A stretch of 64,000 nt of DNA from Eledone cirrhosa (GCA_964016885.1 OZ024743.1:44888001-44952000); one strand, 5' to 3'; numbered from the stretch's first letter, positions 12,851-27,006 are shown. Notes: generated by a model not told the origin, from the letters alone. Made by a program: numbers and translations.

Positions 12851-15003
12851 GAGGTTTGTTCTACTAAGAACGAGACATATATAAAACATCATTAACTCCA
12901 GTAGTAACGTCTTTGCTGTATTTAGTGTGAGAATAATTTCCTTTGAGAACATTACATACACTTGTTAACTCTCAACTTGTTATTACCGATTATGTTCAGT
13001 TTAGTTGTCATTATATTGCTACTATTACAGTTCCTGCTACTACTACTGCTGCTGCCAATATTGCTGCTGCTACTATTGTTGTTGTTACTATTGCTGATGC
13101 AGTTGCTGCTACTGCTGAAGTACTGTGAGTATACGTGTGGGTTTGGTTTGCTTATCGTTCAAAAACCTATTGCTAAAGAAATAAGTTAAAGTATATTTTA
13201 AAAAACATTTAAATCCAAAGGCTAATCACATCGGAACTTATTCCGATTCCATTGCTTTAAGGTAACTGATAGTAAAAGATTTATCCCTGGATTATACAGT
13301 TTAAAATGCGTGTTCTCAAATTCTACACACGCTAGCTCATTTAATCTACTCTGTTTTACATGTTCATATTTAAAGATAAATATCTATCCCCCTGGGGTAT
13401 ATCTCTAATTATATGGGCTTCTACTACAGAAGTCCGGTAGATGTCATTTCAGGATTCGTTCCGTAAAATTTGCCTTTCATATTTTTCGATATCAACATAC
13501 AGATCACTCACCAAGTACTAGGATTGATCCTTCCATTATCTCTTTTTCTCACACTTGCTCTTTCAAACGCACTGAAATAATCGGCTGTGTTCAGATCATG
13601 AGCGGAAAGAGTTCCATCAGATTTAAAAGGCTTAAAAGACACATGTCACGGCGGCGCCTCTATGATTCCATTAAAAGTCCAGGGCTCATGGCATGGACTA
13701 TTGAATACTATTGTTTTGAGTCTTAAGTATATGTCTTTGAGAGGATACGAAGTGATAATATGACAACTCCGTTTTCGATACTCTACCAACTTAACCATCT
13801 TCGGTTCGTGTTACAATTTCAAATATACGATATTGTGAGTGATGTGATAAAATAAGAATGTTTGATTAAATCTAATAATATTGCCTATTCAAGTTTTGTT
13901 TGGTGTTCATGTCTTCAGTATGCGTAATATGTTATATAATCTAACATTTTTACCATTACTTGTTAATCTTTCAATGTCGACTTCATTACCCCTAAAGATG
14001 TTTCAGCAATGTTTAACTACAATAAAGGATTAGATTTCCAAATGTAATAATGATATTATATTCTTTTAGTATTACAGATTTCTTTATGAAACATCCATAG
14101 ATTTTACTGGAAATAGTACACCATTATTTATACCCGACAGCTAGTCGTGATGATGTAAAAATGTCTTACAATGTTGTTTTTACAAAGGTGTTTTTCGTAA
14201 TTATAAATTATCCATTAAAATGTTTTAATTTATTTTTCCTATTCAACTTTTTTTCAGTACTCGTTTTTATTTGCATTTTTCAGGAATGTCTGAAAATGTA
14301 AAAATGTTTGACTGATTTTCGTCTATATGAGATTGAACATTACATGAATACGTGTCGGTGTAATTTCTGTATATGAGGTAATCATTAAAGTTGTAGGTAT
14401 CGTAACATATATACAGGTAGATCAGACTAAATGCCTTTTTCTCATAGAAAGCACCAAGAGCAACAGAATCAATAAGGCCAGCCTTACTCTAAGATGTCTA
14501 GAGTTGAACATTATGTTATATACATTCCTTAAACCTGATCTTATATTGAAATAAGTGAAATTGTAAGATTCTGTTCATGAAATGGTGTATGAAATACAAA
14601 TATAAACCGTCTGGTATATTGATAACGAAGTCACAGAAATAAATATTAAGTCACGAAATATTTTATTGATGCATCATACATCTTTTTTTGTTTTGATTTT
14701 TTTGTTTTTGTTGATTTTTTTCCAACAACCTATCACGTTATTCTTCTAGTTACTTTGAATATATTTCTAATAGTCTTCACGAAAAAGAGAACAACAACAA
14801 CAGCAACAACAACAGCAACAACAACTGCATCATCATTATATATTTCGGCAACATTATTTCACAACAGTTTGGTAGGAATAAAGGATAAACTTAATCTGTT
14901 TGAATACATGATTGAATTGGCCCTATCACTAAAATAAAGCATAAAATAAGCAACTTCCTAGATTTTAAAGTGGAAAAATATCTCCAAGTATTCTCAACTG
15001 TTT

Positions 15004-15345
15004 AATAATTGTTGCTACTTTTGGCACAACGCCAGCAATTACCCCAGTATATTACTGGTGCTTTATTTTATCAAACCCGTAAGGATGAAAGGCAAAGTTA
15101 ACCTCGACGGGATTTGAACTCAGACCGTAAAGAAATGGCTTCCAATTTAAGCCCATGATCAGTAATTCGGGAGAAGGAAAGAAAATCGGCGCCAGAAGTT
15201 GATTAAGTGCTTCATTTTATCGATCCCGCAAATATGATAATTGGAGTCGACCTCAGCAGGATGTGAACTCAAAACGTACAGAGCTGGAACTAATGCTGCT
15301 AAGCATTATTTCCCACACTTTGAAGATTCTGTCAATCAGGCGCCA
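15004..15345 (-). mobile_element. Truncated family A SINE plus an older diverged copy
   Basis: Family A 3' half at 15004-15131, followed by a diverged copy. Confidence 0.7.
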
Positions 15346-15745
15346 TCTGTCAAATATTGCATATGTATTAGAAATAAGTATTTCTAATGTGTTTGAAACA
15401 TCTACGTATTTCCGTGATTGAGTGAGTTAATTGTACGGGCTGGAGGAAACCGTGAGCATACCCCGGTTTACTTAAATATTAAATGACTGTCAGATAAGTT
15501 CCTAGAAGGGGCACCAGTCCGTCGTTGGTACTCATTTAATTCACGAGATGGACGTTCGATTGATTGAACGACTGAATGCTCATCTTCGAGAACGACAGAG
15601 GATCCATCATCATCATCATTATCAATCATAGTAATATTGCTCTGTTCTAGAATGACTGACGAAAATGAAAACCACATAGAAATAGCTATTGTATTTTTTA
15701 AAGGACAGTATCTGCCACATCATAAACTGCTTATTATTTCTTTGT

Positions 15746-15958
15746 GGATTGGCAGAGGGCGGTGGATTGGCAGAGGGCGGTGGATTAGTAGAGGGTTGGA
15801 CGCCATGCTCTGACGTATAGAGTTACGGCTCTTGCTATTCTGAGTTCAAATCCCGCCAAGGTTAACTTTGCCTTTCATCCTTACGGGGTCGATAAAATAA
15901 GGTACCAGTAATGCACTGGGTAATTGCTGGCCTTGTGCCTAACGTAGAAACAATTATT
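15746..15958 (+). mobile_element. tRNA-derived SINE, family A, with triplicated 5' 18-mer
   Basis: gtggattggcagagggcg is repeated at the head. TSD-like attatttcttt on both sides. Confidence 0.9.
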
Positions 15959-18900
15959 TCTTTCGCAGTGTCATTAAGAGACTTTTACAGCATTAATTAT
16001 TCACTTGGCTGAAAAGAAATTAACATAAAACTTAACTTCTTTTGTGTGGATATCTAACTGAAAAATTGAAATAACAATACAAATTACAAATGGAAAACTG
16101 TCCATTGATTCATGCAGAAACATCTTTAGTCTTGTTAATACAATGAAAAAAGTTGTCTTTACTCAGAGACATTCACATTGAATTGTCATCAAAACGCAGA
16201 ATTGCTATCAGTTTTTTCTCCTGTATTTAAATTAATATTAAGGGTGTATCTGTCAGTTCTGTTGCCACATTCGTTTCTAAATGTGTTAGGCAACAAAATC
16301 CATTTTATGGAGGAATTCAGTTTGTGCCAATTTGATTGAAAATGGAGAAATATTTAAAAATAATTAATAAAGAAACAGTCAAATAACTAGAATTGTTTTG
16401 TAATGAAAAACAACATTGGTTATAATTAAAAGTCAAAATAATATTTAATTCTTTTGTCATCAAACCGCTTGAAACCGCCCATGTTTCAACGATAGAAAGC
16501 TGCTTATTCTCATACAGCTTATGTATATCTTAACACCTTTCATCATAATTTCTTCTTAAGTTATTTTCCTAACACCAACTTAATAATGATTTTCAAAATT
16601 ATTTGAAAATCACAAGCAGTTCCTTTCACTAAAAATATGGTAAGAAAAGGGTTAAAGTGTTTATACTTATTTAAAAACCTTTCAACGTAAGGTTGTCTAT
16701 GAACTTTTATATTCCGAACAGCTTAATTATGAGAAATTAGTTATGTTACTAAACCTTTCAAACTTCATAACAATTTTCAAAATTACATGTATATCACAAA
16801 CGAAGGTTCTCCGAGAAATATATAGACACAAGGAATGCATCGAGTAAAAATGCGTTGGCAAATAGTAAATACAAACAGGGCTCAACGTGGAATGCATTAC
16901 ATTGCCGCCTGAAAGAGGACAGGGATGACTTTTGAGCAATCACCAAAAAAGGAATAAGAAATTCATACAAAATTAGATATATAGAATAATGAATGGGATG
17001 AAAGAGAGAGAGAGAGAGACAAGATTTGTGGTTCTTTTAGCAGTAGTGTTATTGTCATGCACACAGATTTAGTTTTGGTGGGTGTTAGGGAAAATAGTAG
17101 AGACTGTTTGGGAGAAGGGTAGGCGATAAAGTTAGGAATTGGCAAGGGAGTGAGATTAGGTGGGGTCTAAATTAAACCAAGGAGGACAGCTAAGCAGATT
17201 TATTTTGCTTTTATCCGCTGTGTTTTGCTTTTCTTCAAGATGGTATGGAGTGGGACTTGTCAGATATTTTAGGAAGTAGAGTGATCATATAGAAGTTCCC
17301 TTTTAGCCCATAAATACATTTGTTGCCGTGAATTTGGGTATTTATACCTTTCGAATATTGAGAAAAATATTGTAAATGACTTCCATTGACTTCGATGAAT
17401 GTTCGAGTCGTGTGATCAACAGAACAGCACGCTTGTCAATTTAATGTTTAAATGGCTTATAATTCCACAAACATGTGGACTCTTAAGGAAACTTTCAAGA
17501 TAATTTAGTGTGAGATAGTGTGACCAGGTTGACGCATCACATTATAGGTACAGAACATTCGACGAAGTTCCAAACAGTTTGTCTCTTCTTCATTTCGCTC
17601 ACAGAGCATAGGTCGACACGAAGCTATGGTAAATGACACTTGCCCGTAATGTCACGCAGTAGGATCGAACCTGAGACCTAATAAGTGTGAAGTGATCTTC
17701 TTAACTATCCAACATTGCTGCGTCTACAGAGAAGCATATTACTTCCGAATTAGATATCACATATGAAGGAAAGAGAACAGGTACGATTCTACTACACACA
17801 CCAGAATCAATTATTCAAACCAAATTAACTATTTTAAAAGCTAAAACTATTTTCGAACATGACACCCCAACGGAGTGAAACGAAATCAATCGGGATTCAT
17901 TTAGTAACAAGTGGACGTTACATTTTGTCGTTGGTGCAAGTTGTCGAGAGTTATGACAAAAATATAAAATATTTACGAGAACTTTCATTAACATATTTGA
18001 TATCAATACCACATCCCTGAAGGCCACATCTACTGTAACATTCTAATCGGTCGAATTTAATGCATTCAAATTTTCAATTAAAGCAATTCATCATATTTCA
18101 TTCAAAATACCAGCTGATGTTTGAAACTGTTCGTTATTTTATAAGTCCTTAAGTCTTATTGAAATGCAGCATTAACTGTTATTTTTGTAGGAAGTATGTT
18201 CACGAAATGGTTAATAACTGGTGAAAAATGAATTAAAGTTATACAAATCAATAAATATAAGCCCAAAGGAAATACTATTCTATTGATCTCTATCAAAGTG
18301 ATTTATTAACAGATCAAATTTTAAGATTGTTTAATCACCGTTCTTCAAACTAACGACACAGAAATTGCTAAAATAAAATTAACTTTCATTTCAGTCAAAA
18401 GTAGTTCATTGACTACATAGGTATCTCTATGGTAGCCTTGCTAAACCTTCCTTCCAATGTCATGTATATGTCATGTATATGTTAACATGCAGAAAGAGGT
18501 TCTCGAACAATTTTGTCAGCCCAACGCTCTTCTATATATATAGGGACCCGTAATTCCGTCGTGACAGTTTAAATCAGGAGGGATCTATCTCGTCTCTAGG
18601 TCTGAACATAGCCGATTTCTTCCAGGGAAGGAGAAAGAGAGAGAGGGGTGTAATAGAGAGGAAGTGAGAAAGCCACCGCTCTGGACTGGTACATTATTTT
18701 ATCTAACTTGAAAAGATGAAGGGCAAAGTTGATCTCGGTAGGATTTAAACTTGGTGCGCAGAGACAGGCTTCAGTATTTTATAGAAGTGCAGCGTTTTGG
18801 GTAGGGTATTGGCCTCTTGATCTTAAGGTTTTGCATAGGATTTTCTGACCAGGCAGCACTTTCTGTTCTTCAGTAAAACCATTTTTTCCGTTGCTCTAAT

Positions 18901-19321
18901 TCTCTCAAATGAAGAAAATTAGTTCCAGCAGCAGTTGTGTGTTAGCTCTGCGATGGCCGCAGAACGCCAACAAACGCTCAGGTCTATTTCAAGAAGAATA
19001 ATGTTTTTGCTGATACAAATAACCATGTATAACAACAGCAGCTAGAATAACAACCATTTACAATTATGAACGGTTATAGTAATAATAACTATAACATAAG
19101 TTACAACCATCAGTAATATCAAACACAGGAAACATCTGTAAAACAATAGCTATAAAAATATCACCAGCTGACCTTCTCAACATTCGCATTGTAAGAGCTA
19201 ACAGTGTAGCAAAATGATAACTCCACAATTTCTCGACTTCTAACGAAGTCTTCTCCTGACCAACCTATCCCGTCATGCCTTTGATTTTTAATTCTCAGCC
19301 AATCTGACTGTGTTGAGATAG

Positions 19322-19757
19322 AATAACGGATGTATCTGACCCATCGCAGAAAATAGCGTCAAACGGCGTCTTGTGACCAGGATAGTCTAGAGGATAAGCA
19401 TGGATTACCATAGCGAGAAACTACGCCGTCCAGCTCGGAGTACGGGTTAAATTCAGATGGGAGGCTGCTCTTCATGTGGTTATTCATTTCATTGGATACG
19501 CTCTCATCGTCATCTCACTTCCTGGTAAAGTTGGACATGCGAAGCGCCTTTAACAATATTAGACGGGACCTCGATCTATCTAAAACGGGCCAATGGCACA
19601 TATATTTTGTAGAACGCATAGCACATTCACTGCTGCTAGCAACAAGATCATATCCGTGATATATTCCAACAAGGTGCCCAGTTGGCTCACTCCTTTTTAC
19701 GTTGGCTGTTGCCGAGATTACCAACTCAATCCACCTAGCCATTAATGTTTGGTATGA
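19322..19757 (+). pseudogene. CRE-clade non-LTR reverse transcriptase relic
   Basis: Ordered broken motifs NNGCI*PIA, QLGVRVKFRWEAALH, LVKLDMRSAFNNIRRD and QQGA/VGSLLFTLAV...AINVWY, matching CRE RT motifs (GIRPIA, QLGVG..GG.EAA.H, KLDF.NAFN..RR, QQGDPLGPLLF, NVWYLDD). Confidence 0.65.
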
Positions 19758-20189
19758 ACATCGTTTCCTTAGTCTCATCAGACCTGACGATTGTCTCCGT
19801 ATTTGTTCTCACACGCAATAAGAAATAAGAGAGAAAATTCGACATGTTTTCATTTATATTCATTGAAATTCAAATAAACTAATAATTCATTTATTATTTC
19901 GGTGAAATGTTTTAAAGCTGACTTCGATTTCGAATTATTCAAATTTTTGTTAGGGGAAGAATTTTGTATTAAGAGAAGAGGAGTGAGAGAAATCATTCTT
20001 CTTTGTTTTTTTAACTGATCTCGTTTTTCATGTTTGTTTTTTGTCTTGTTATATTTTATTTGTTTTTTTTTTTGTTTTTTTTTTGTTTTTTTGCAGGAGG
20101 AGGGCTGCGAACATGCTGGGGTACAGCTTTCTAGGGCTTTAGTTGATCATATACATTGCTGCTCTATTTTCATTATATTATATTTCTCT

Positions 20190-20351
20190 ATTGACAGTAT
20201 AGATAGAGGATCGGACACCATGCTTTGCAGCAAAGAGTTACGGCCCTTTATGGTCTGAGTTCAAATCCCACCGGGGTTAACTTTGTCTTTCATCCTTACG
20301 AGGTCGATAAAATAAAGTACCAGTAATACACTGGGTAATTGCTGGCCTTGT
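20190..20351 (+). mobile_element. tRNA-derived SINE, family A (3' truncated)
   Basis: B box and central domain. Confidence 0.85.
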
Positions 20352-20649
20352 TAAAGAGTCGGAAGAAATGTTTTACGACATGTAATTCATTTGTACCTTC
20401 TGAGTTCTAATCCCTCATCATTCTGATAGACGTTGAGACCGAGAGATAGTGTCAGCGATGGAACGACTAATTGAAATATGCTTTCCTTGGTCCCATCTAA
20501 TGAGTGGCTCCTTTCCATAGACACAGACAGCAGTACCACCCATACATAGATACATACCTGTATAGATAAATAACTGTATAAATGCATACCTGTATCTATA
20601 CTGCTAACACCAACATAATTCCAGCTCAAACATCATCACCATCAACTTT

Positions 20650-20886
20650 GTGTGTGACAGCTCACACCTATGCAGGTTTAGCTGGCCTCCTGCAAGGTAT
20701 ATCTCGTTGGAGACGCCTTGGATAATTTAATGATAGGGACCCCAGTCTTATCATCTCATTTCTACAGCTGAGTAAAGTGGAGCAACGTGAAATAAAGTGT
20801 CTTGCTCAAGGAAACAAGACATCACCCGGTTCGAGAATTGAACTCACAACCTTTCGATTGCAAGCCCAAAGCCATGCGCCTTCATA
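20650..20886 (-). mobile_element. tRNA-derived SINE, family B, with 12-bp TSD
   Basis: Reverse complement of 24993-25244. TSD accatcaacttt at 20638-20649 and 20887-20898. Confidence 0.85.
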
Positions 20887-23800
20887 ACCATCAACTTTAC
20901 CTTCCAACAGTCGATAACCAAATGGAATCATGGTCAGTTCAATAGAAAGATCCTTCCTCTATACTCAAATATGTGGCCTCCGTCTGAAATGAGAAATATT
21001 TCTTATAAGCATGGATATGCGGTTAAACTGTTCGCTTCGCATCTATGTGACTTTAGTTTGACTCCCATTACGTGATACTTTAGGCATGCCTACTAGTATG
21101 ACCCCAGAGTCTAGTAGTGAATGGAATTTTGTAGATATATATATATCTGTGTGTGTGAATATATATATATATATAGAAGAAGATACATATATGTATAAAT
21201 ATAGACAGATAGATAGATGTGTGTGCGTTTGCATGTGCGTACGTGTGTGTATGTTTAAGTTCATGTCTATGTCTGTGTTTATGTCCCGTAACTAGCAGTT
21301 CTTTAAAATAGTCCGATGAAATAATTACAGGCGTCATTATGATTGACTATATTCCTTTTAAATGTGGTGCCCCAGTGTGGTCGCAGTTTAATGTTGGAAA
21401 CGAGTAAAAGAGAAGAAAAAGGATATAGTTAATACTATGTGCTCAATTTGAAATCTTTATTTCATTTCTGTTGTGAGAGTAGTTGAATGATTGGGTAAAG
21501 ATGGTTGAATATGTTCTGCAAGTGATTTGTCATTCAATTTTAGAAACTCAATAATGATATTGTAATTATATTGAAGTAGTTTTCGATAAAATATAACTAC
21601 AGTTTTGCGTGGATATTGGATTTATTCAGTCATTCGGTAAAGACTAAACTGTCTGTATTGCTCTAGTCAGTTAATACTGCCGTATAAAGATAGTTACACG
21701 ATTAGCAGAATGTAAACCAATAACTAGTTATATCTATAAATCGACATTTTTAGCTAAACAAATTAACACACATTGTAGCCGAAATTAGTATTTATTTTTA
21801 AATTTAACCACATAGTCACCACAATGTAGATATCTATAATAATATTTTATATTCATCGAAAATAATAGAAGAAATCGGGTAAAGTGCTCCTAGAGAGGGA
21901 AAAAGATAGACGCAATAACACCATCGTTAGAGCGTCTGGCAAACTGTTTGTGACGTTTAAACACGACACTTTACGTCCTTATTTCAAATCCTACTGAAAT
22001 CAACTTTGTCTTTTACCCTTCTTGAGTCGATAAATTAATGTACCGGTCATGTATTGAAGGCCTTAAAATAAACTTTTCCTGCCACCATAAATTGCTGGTA
22101 TTGTGCCTAAAGTAAAAACCGTTATAGTTTGCTGAATTGTGGTGACTATCATTTCCAATTTCAAAATTCCCAAAGAAAAAAAACATTAAGCTTATTGGTA
22201 AGATTATATAGTTACAATCTTGAAGGTGCCAGTTTAGTGTACGATCTGCCTGGCTATTTCAATGTGCTTCCTATCTCAACAACAAAAACTAACCCTAATC
22301 CTAAACCTAGCACTAATTCTAACCAAGTAGACAGGTCAGTTTATTTCACAGCGTATACTATGGATAGGTCGACGGCACGCTAAAGTAGCACCACTAGAGA
22401 ATCGGCAAAAGCAGTAGGCTGTCTAGCAAACTTAATTTAATATGGCAATGATGTTTCTCTCTAATCTTTTCTAAATATCATAAATCTGTTAACCTTTTAG
22501 CTATGTAGAAGCGGTAACAATAACAATAAAAACAACAACAGAAACAACTTAAGTGCTATTGTATTAGCCATTTCCATGTATTCTAAATACCGTATCTCCC
22601 GATTTAGTTTGTTTAATCATCTAAAACACTTGAGTTTGTTTTAGTTATTATCGTTGAACCCCGACTGTTTTTCTTCCATAATTTCGTTTATAGTCTCACT
22701 AAAGATAGCAATTCTTAAAAATAAGAATAATTGACTGGCGAATAACATTGAATCTTCTTTTTCTGAGCTTAAAATATCGTATAGTTGTGTGATTAAGAAG
22801 TTTGCTTCGAAAACAATATAGCTTCTCACTACAGCCTACGGTGCGGAACCTTGGCCAAGAGTCTTATACGAAAGCTTAAGTAAGTTAAAATATAACATTG
22901 CTCTGTGTTTAATGAATTCGTATTAAAACGATGTGTCGATGAGTTCGATCCTATGGTACCATTACTCGGCCAAGTGCCTTTTATCAAAGCCTTGAAAGTG
23001 AAATTTCTTTGACGAAATTTGTGTGAATTCTATCCATACTAGCACCAGAGTAATGGACGTTGACATTCCTTCTCTGAATATATGATAGCAAAACAATGTA
23101 GGTGAACTCAATATCATGCTAAAGGTTTTAAAAAACACCTAATACATTTCAAAACTAACAAAATTTAAAGATTCCCAAAACATAACATGTGGGTTATGTT
23201 CACTTAGGATATGACATAAATATGTTGCAAAGGAGTCCACTAGATCGTGTAATTAAATATGACATGACTGCGCTGTCAAAAGTTATTTCAGATACACAAT
23301 TTTTCAATTCTTTATTCTAGAATACCAACTGTACTATAACTACTTCCGTTCTTAATCAACCAAACTTATTTTAACCTAAGAAAGTAGTTTAGATACGTTT
23401 TTATTTGTATTATTGAAAGGTTTCTCATGAAATAACTGTCACTGGAGAACCATCAGTACATTTCTAATAGTTCCTGAATAGTAGTCAAATATATTACCCA
23501 CAAAGTAGATTTTAGTAGATATTGCAAATGATATTTACAGAAAAATGAGAATAATAGACATTGCTACTTCAAATAAAAAAGTGTGTGCATGTAAAGAAGA
23601 AGAAAGTTCTATATGTTTAAATAAAATGGCAGCACAAAAAATTATGTTAGTGAATGAACTAGAATGTGAATGAATACTGAAAATATAAGGCAATCGTGAG
23701 TCCAACATCGTAACTATACACCTACACTTGTAAACTATCATATTTGTCGAAATTAAATGGCTGAATAAAATAGACCCCCGTTGGTTTCGACGATGAGAGT

Positions 23801-23905
23801 TTCAGTTGTTTGATCGTAAAATTAATGTGTAGGTGAAATGTAAAATTAACGTGGGCATACCAGAGACTTGTGCACCCATAACCTAATTACATGTACAATC
23901 CAAAT

Positions 23906-23992
23906 TGCCCTGTTAGTATAGGGAAGATAGAAATCCCATGCCCTGTTAGTATAGGGAAGATAGAAATCTTCCCTATACTAACAGGGCATGGG
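23906..23992. repeat. Micro-triplication: ~30-bp direct repeat plus a perfect 27-bp hairpin
   Basis: Arms at 23935-23961 / 23966-23992 with loop agaa. A direct copy lies at 23906-23935. Confidence 0.9.
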
Positions 23993-24227
23993 TCACCCCA
24001 ATACTAGGTAAATAATACTTATCCAAGCAACCTCACAGTGAGATGGAACCGTAGATAAATTATTAATAAAGAAATACATATTTAACGATAACCTCGCTGT
24101 GTTGATACGTTTTGTGTTCAATTTTGGTCGTTAACTTTATAATATAACTAACATGTATCTATTTACACCAGATATAGTTTAACATGTTCCTATACAAAAA
24201 GATATATTATTATAATATGGGTGTATA

Positions 24228-24625
24228 GGGCAGTGGATTGTCAGTATTGGCAGAGAGCATCCAACACCATGATTTGCAGCATAAAGTTACAGTCTAGGTT
24301 CAAATCTCGCCGAAGTTAGCTTTGCCTTTCATCCTTACAGAGTCGATAAAATAAAACATCAGTAATGAACTGGGGTCGATTTAATCAACTTTCCCATCCT
24401 CCAAAATTGCTGGCCTATAATATAAATCATTATAACAAAGGTGGATTGGCAGTATCGGTAGAGGATCGGACGCCATGCTTTACACCATACTTACGTCCCT
24501 TTACGGTCTGAGTTCAAATCCCGCCGAGGTTAACTTTACCTTTCATCCTTACGGGCTCGATAAAATAAAGTGCCAGTAATGCATTGGGATAATTGTTGGC
24601 GTTGTGCCAAAAGTAGAAAAAAATT
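24228..24625 (+). mobile_element. Two tandem family A SINEs (long then short variant)
   Basis: Copies at about 24228-24420 and 24440-24625. Confidence 0.85.
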
Positions 24626-24992
24626 ATAACAAGTGTATATGAAAGCATATATTATATACAATTTTTTATACTAAAGCATATATTATATACAATAATATAA
24701 GTTTCGCTATCAAATAAAAATATATTTTCGTTATGACAAATATTTTCTCTCTTTTGCTCTCTTTTGAACATGTTACAGAGATCTCAGTAGCCATTGAGAA
24801 AGTCAGACACCTGGTTCAATGTTTTTTAATCTCCTGAGATGAAGATAGACTACAGGCTGTATAGAGTTTGCGTGATAAACATTTGGTGGTGATGCTCATT
24901 TGCATATAGCAAGTAGAAAACATCGGAAAAAAATGCTCATTTGCATATAGTGCGAACTTGGATGTTTATCATTAACTGGCACTATCTTAGTG

Positions 24993-25244
24993 TGTGTGAA
25001 GGCGCATGGCTTAGGGGTTAGAGCATTGGGCTTGCAATCGAAAGGTTGTGAGTTCCTTTCTCAGCCCGGGTGATGTGTTGTTTCCTTAAGCAAGACACTT
25101 TATTTCACGTTGCTCCAGTTTACGCAGCTGTAGAAATGAGATGATAGGACTAGGGTGCCTATCATTAAATTACCCAAGGCACCTCCACCGAGACATACCT
25201 TGGAGGAGGCCAGGTAAACCTGCATAGGTGTGAGCTGTCACACA
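24993..25244 (+). mobile_element. tRNA-derived SINE, family B (V/Meta-domain-like ccttaagcaagacacttt), with 13-bp TSD
   Basis: A-box-like tggcttaggggtt and a (CA)n tail. TSD cactatcttagtg at 24980-24992 and 25245-25257. Confidence 0.85.
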
Positions 25245-26683
25245 CACTATCTTAGTGCTACTGCCAATATATATTGAGGACTGAAGTGAAAGGTCCTTGA
25301 TGAATAGTTTCATAAATGTGAAACTACTCTGACACACCTCGTTCTTGGCTGTTCAACTTTCTGGAAGGCATCTTGGATATATTTTCACGACGATGCAAAA
25401 TATGTGTGTATTGAACATGCGTTTAATTCCCTCGTAAACATATATTTCATGACCCCACTGTGACTGCGGCGTATATCTATAAATTGACACATTTTCCGTA
25501 TATAGACATGCGAATTTAACAAATATATATATATGTTCCCCTGAACTGAAGACTGGAAGTTTATCATCTATTTCAACTGCTTAGCACACAACTTAATATA
25601 TTTCTTAATTAGCTACTAGCATGAGTGCGAATAATATGCAAATTAGTATGCCCATTTGAGGATACTAGTATAGTGAAAGGGTATATTAGCACGTCGATTC
25701 CATATTTCCTCGTGGATACTCAAATGATATGCATGCAATTAGTAAAACTAACTGTCAAGTTAAGCCCGGCCTCAGATAAGTGACTCCATCACTTTTGAGT
25801 GAGTCAGATGTCGTTTACTGTAGACAAAAGACGTATTATAGGATAACCATAAATGTTGGGGGAGGTCGCAGTTATGTGACTGTATGTTGTTTCAGACATG
25901 CATCTGTTTTAAGACGTGTCGTGGAAATTCCGTTATGTAGTTAGAATGGATGTTGGAGAGGGTGATAATTACGTCAATGGAGTTAGAATGGTTACATATT
26001 CAATTCTGAACAAAACATGTCTGCAGATGTTTTGAATTCAGCACATCACATGCCTCTTGATGGACGAGCAGCTAGGCTAGAAAACCTGTTAAAGATGTTC
26101 ACGATTGTTTTGAATTTCGAAGTAAATGCATATATTTAGTATCTTTAAATGTCTCCATACTATAAATGTGCGAATTTAATTACACATTAACGCTGTATTT
26201 GTTACTTAGCACACAAACTTATATGTGCGTGTGTGTCTGGGGGGGGGGGGGGGGTCTGCGTGCGTGTGTTGTGAGCGTGTGTGCGTGCGTGTTGTTAGCC
26301 AACTAACAGAGAAAGGAGGATAAACACGGACAGGGATATGAACTCCCCTTTCAAAATTTGTCTGTAAAAAAGATAATTTTTCTTCACTTTTTATTATTAT
26401 TATTTGTATAAATATGGAACTTAACTATATTATGCATATCCGCAGTTGACAATGCATATAATGCTGAAATCGGTACCATTATTAAATGCAGAAATATCCA
26501 CTTTATAAATTCGTTTTTGAATTTGTTCTGCGAGATTTCTCATCTGAAAACGTGTGTTGAAACAGATATTGTTATACTTTGGAAGACCATGCTGCCAATA
26601 AAAACGCATGCACCTGTTGGTTTTCACTTGAATTTATTATAAGTTTTCGGTTGGTTCTATAACCGGTAGATTGTTTATATATT

Positions 26684-26726
26684 GTCAAAGTTCTTTCATC
26701 ACACATTATGTGACCTCCTCAGTGAC
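26684..26726 (-). ncRNA. Minimal type I hammerhead ribozyme
   Basis: gtca-CTGAGGA-g-gtcac(ataatgt)gtgat-GAAA-gaac-TT-tgac. Confidence 0.7.
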
Positions 26727-26828
26727 TAAGTTTTCATTTTGTATGTCTCTTCTTTGTTCTGTTCTACATCATCTTGTTTTTGTGTTATACAAAAAATACT
26801 AAGGAGAGACACACAAACTAAAAACCTA

Positions 26829-26871
26829 GTCACTGAGCAGGTCACAGAGTGTGTGACGAAAGAGCTTTGAC
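26829..26871 (+). ncRNA. Minimal type I hammerhead (core G8->C, probably inactive)
   Basis: gtca-CTGAGCA-g-gtcac(agagtgt)gtgac-GAAA-gagc-TT-tgac. Confidence 0.6.
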
Positions 26872-27006
26872 AATATATAAATAACCTTCCGGTTATCGAA
26901 CCAGCCAAACAACCGGAAACTTATAGTCAATTGAAGTGAAAACCAATACGTGCGTGTGTTTTTATTGGCAGCATGACCCTCCCAAAATTTAACAATATAT
27001 ATATAC

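Larger units (their letters stand above)
26400..26998. mobile_element. Penelope-like pseudo-LTR pair in inverted orientation (diverged)
   Basis: Arms at about 26565-26729 and 26826-26998. It encodes [14 protein letters not shown], shared with the PLE ends at 27502-27581 and 43510-43591, and has a hammerhead in each arm. Confidence 0.75.

Noticed and set aside
14284-14377. Exon-like segment with a strong acceptor and donor
   Set aside because: It has stops in all three frames and cannot be distinguished from chance.
16795-18050. Possible minus-strand host exons (LECYSRCGLQGC...; ...CNAFHVEPCLYLLFANAF, Ly6/GPI-like)
   Set aside because: The segments are short, splice support is weak and no consistent gene model emerges. 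RNA-seq would be needed.
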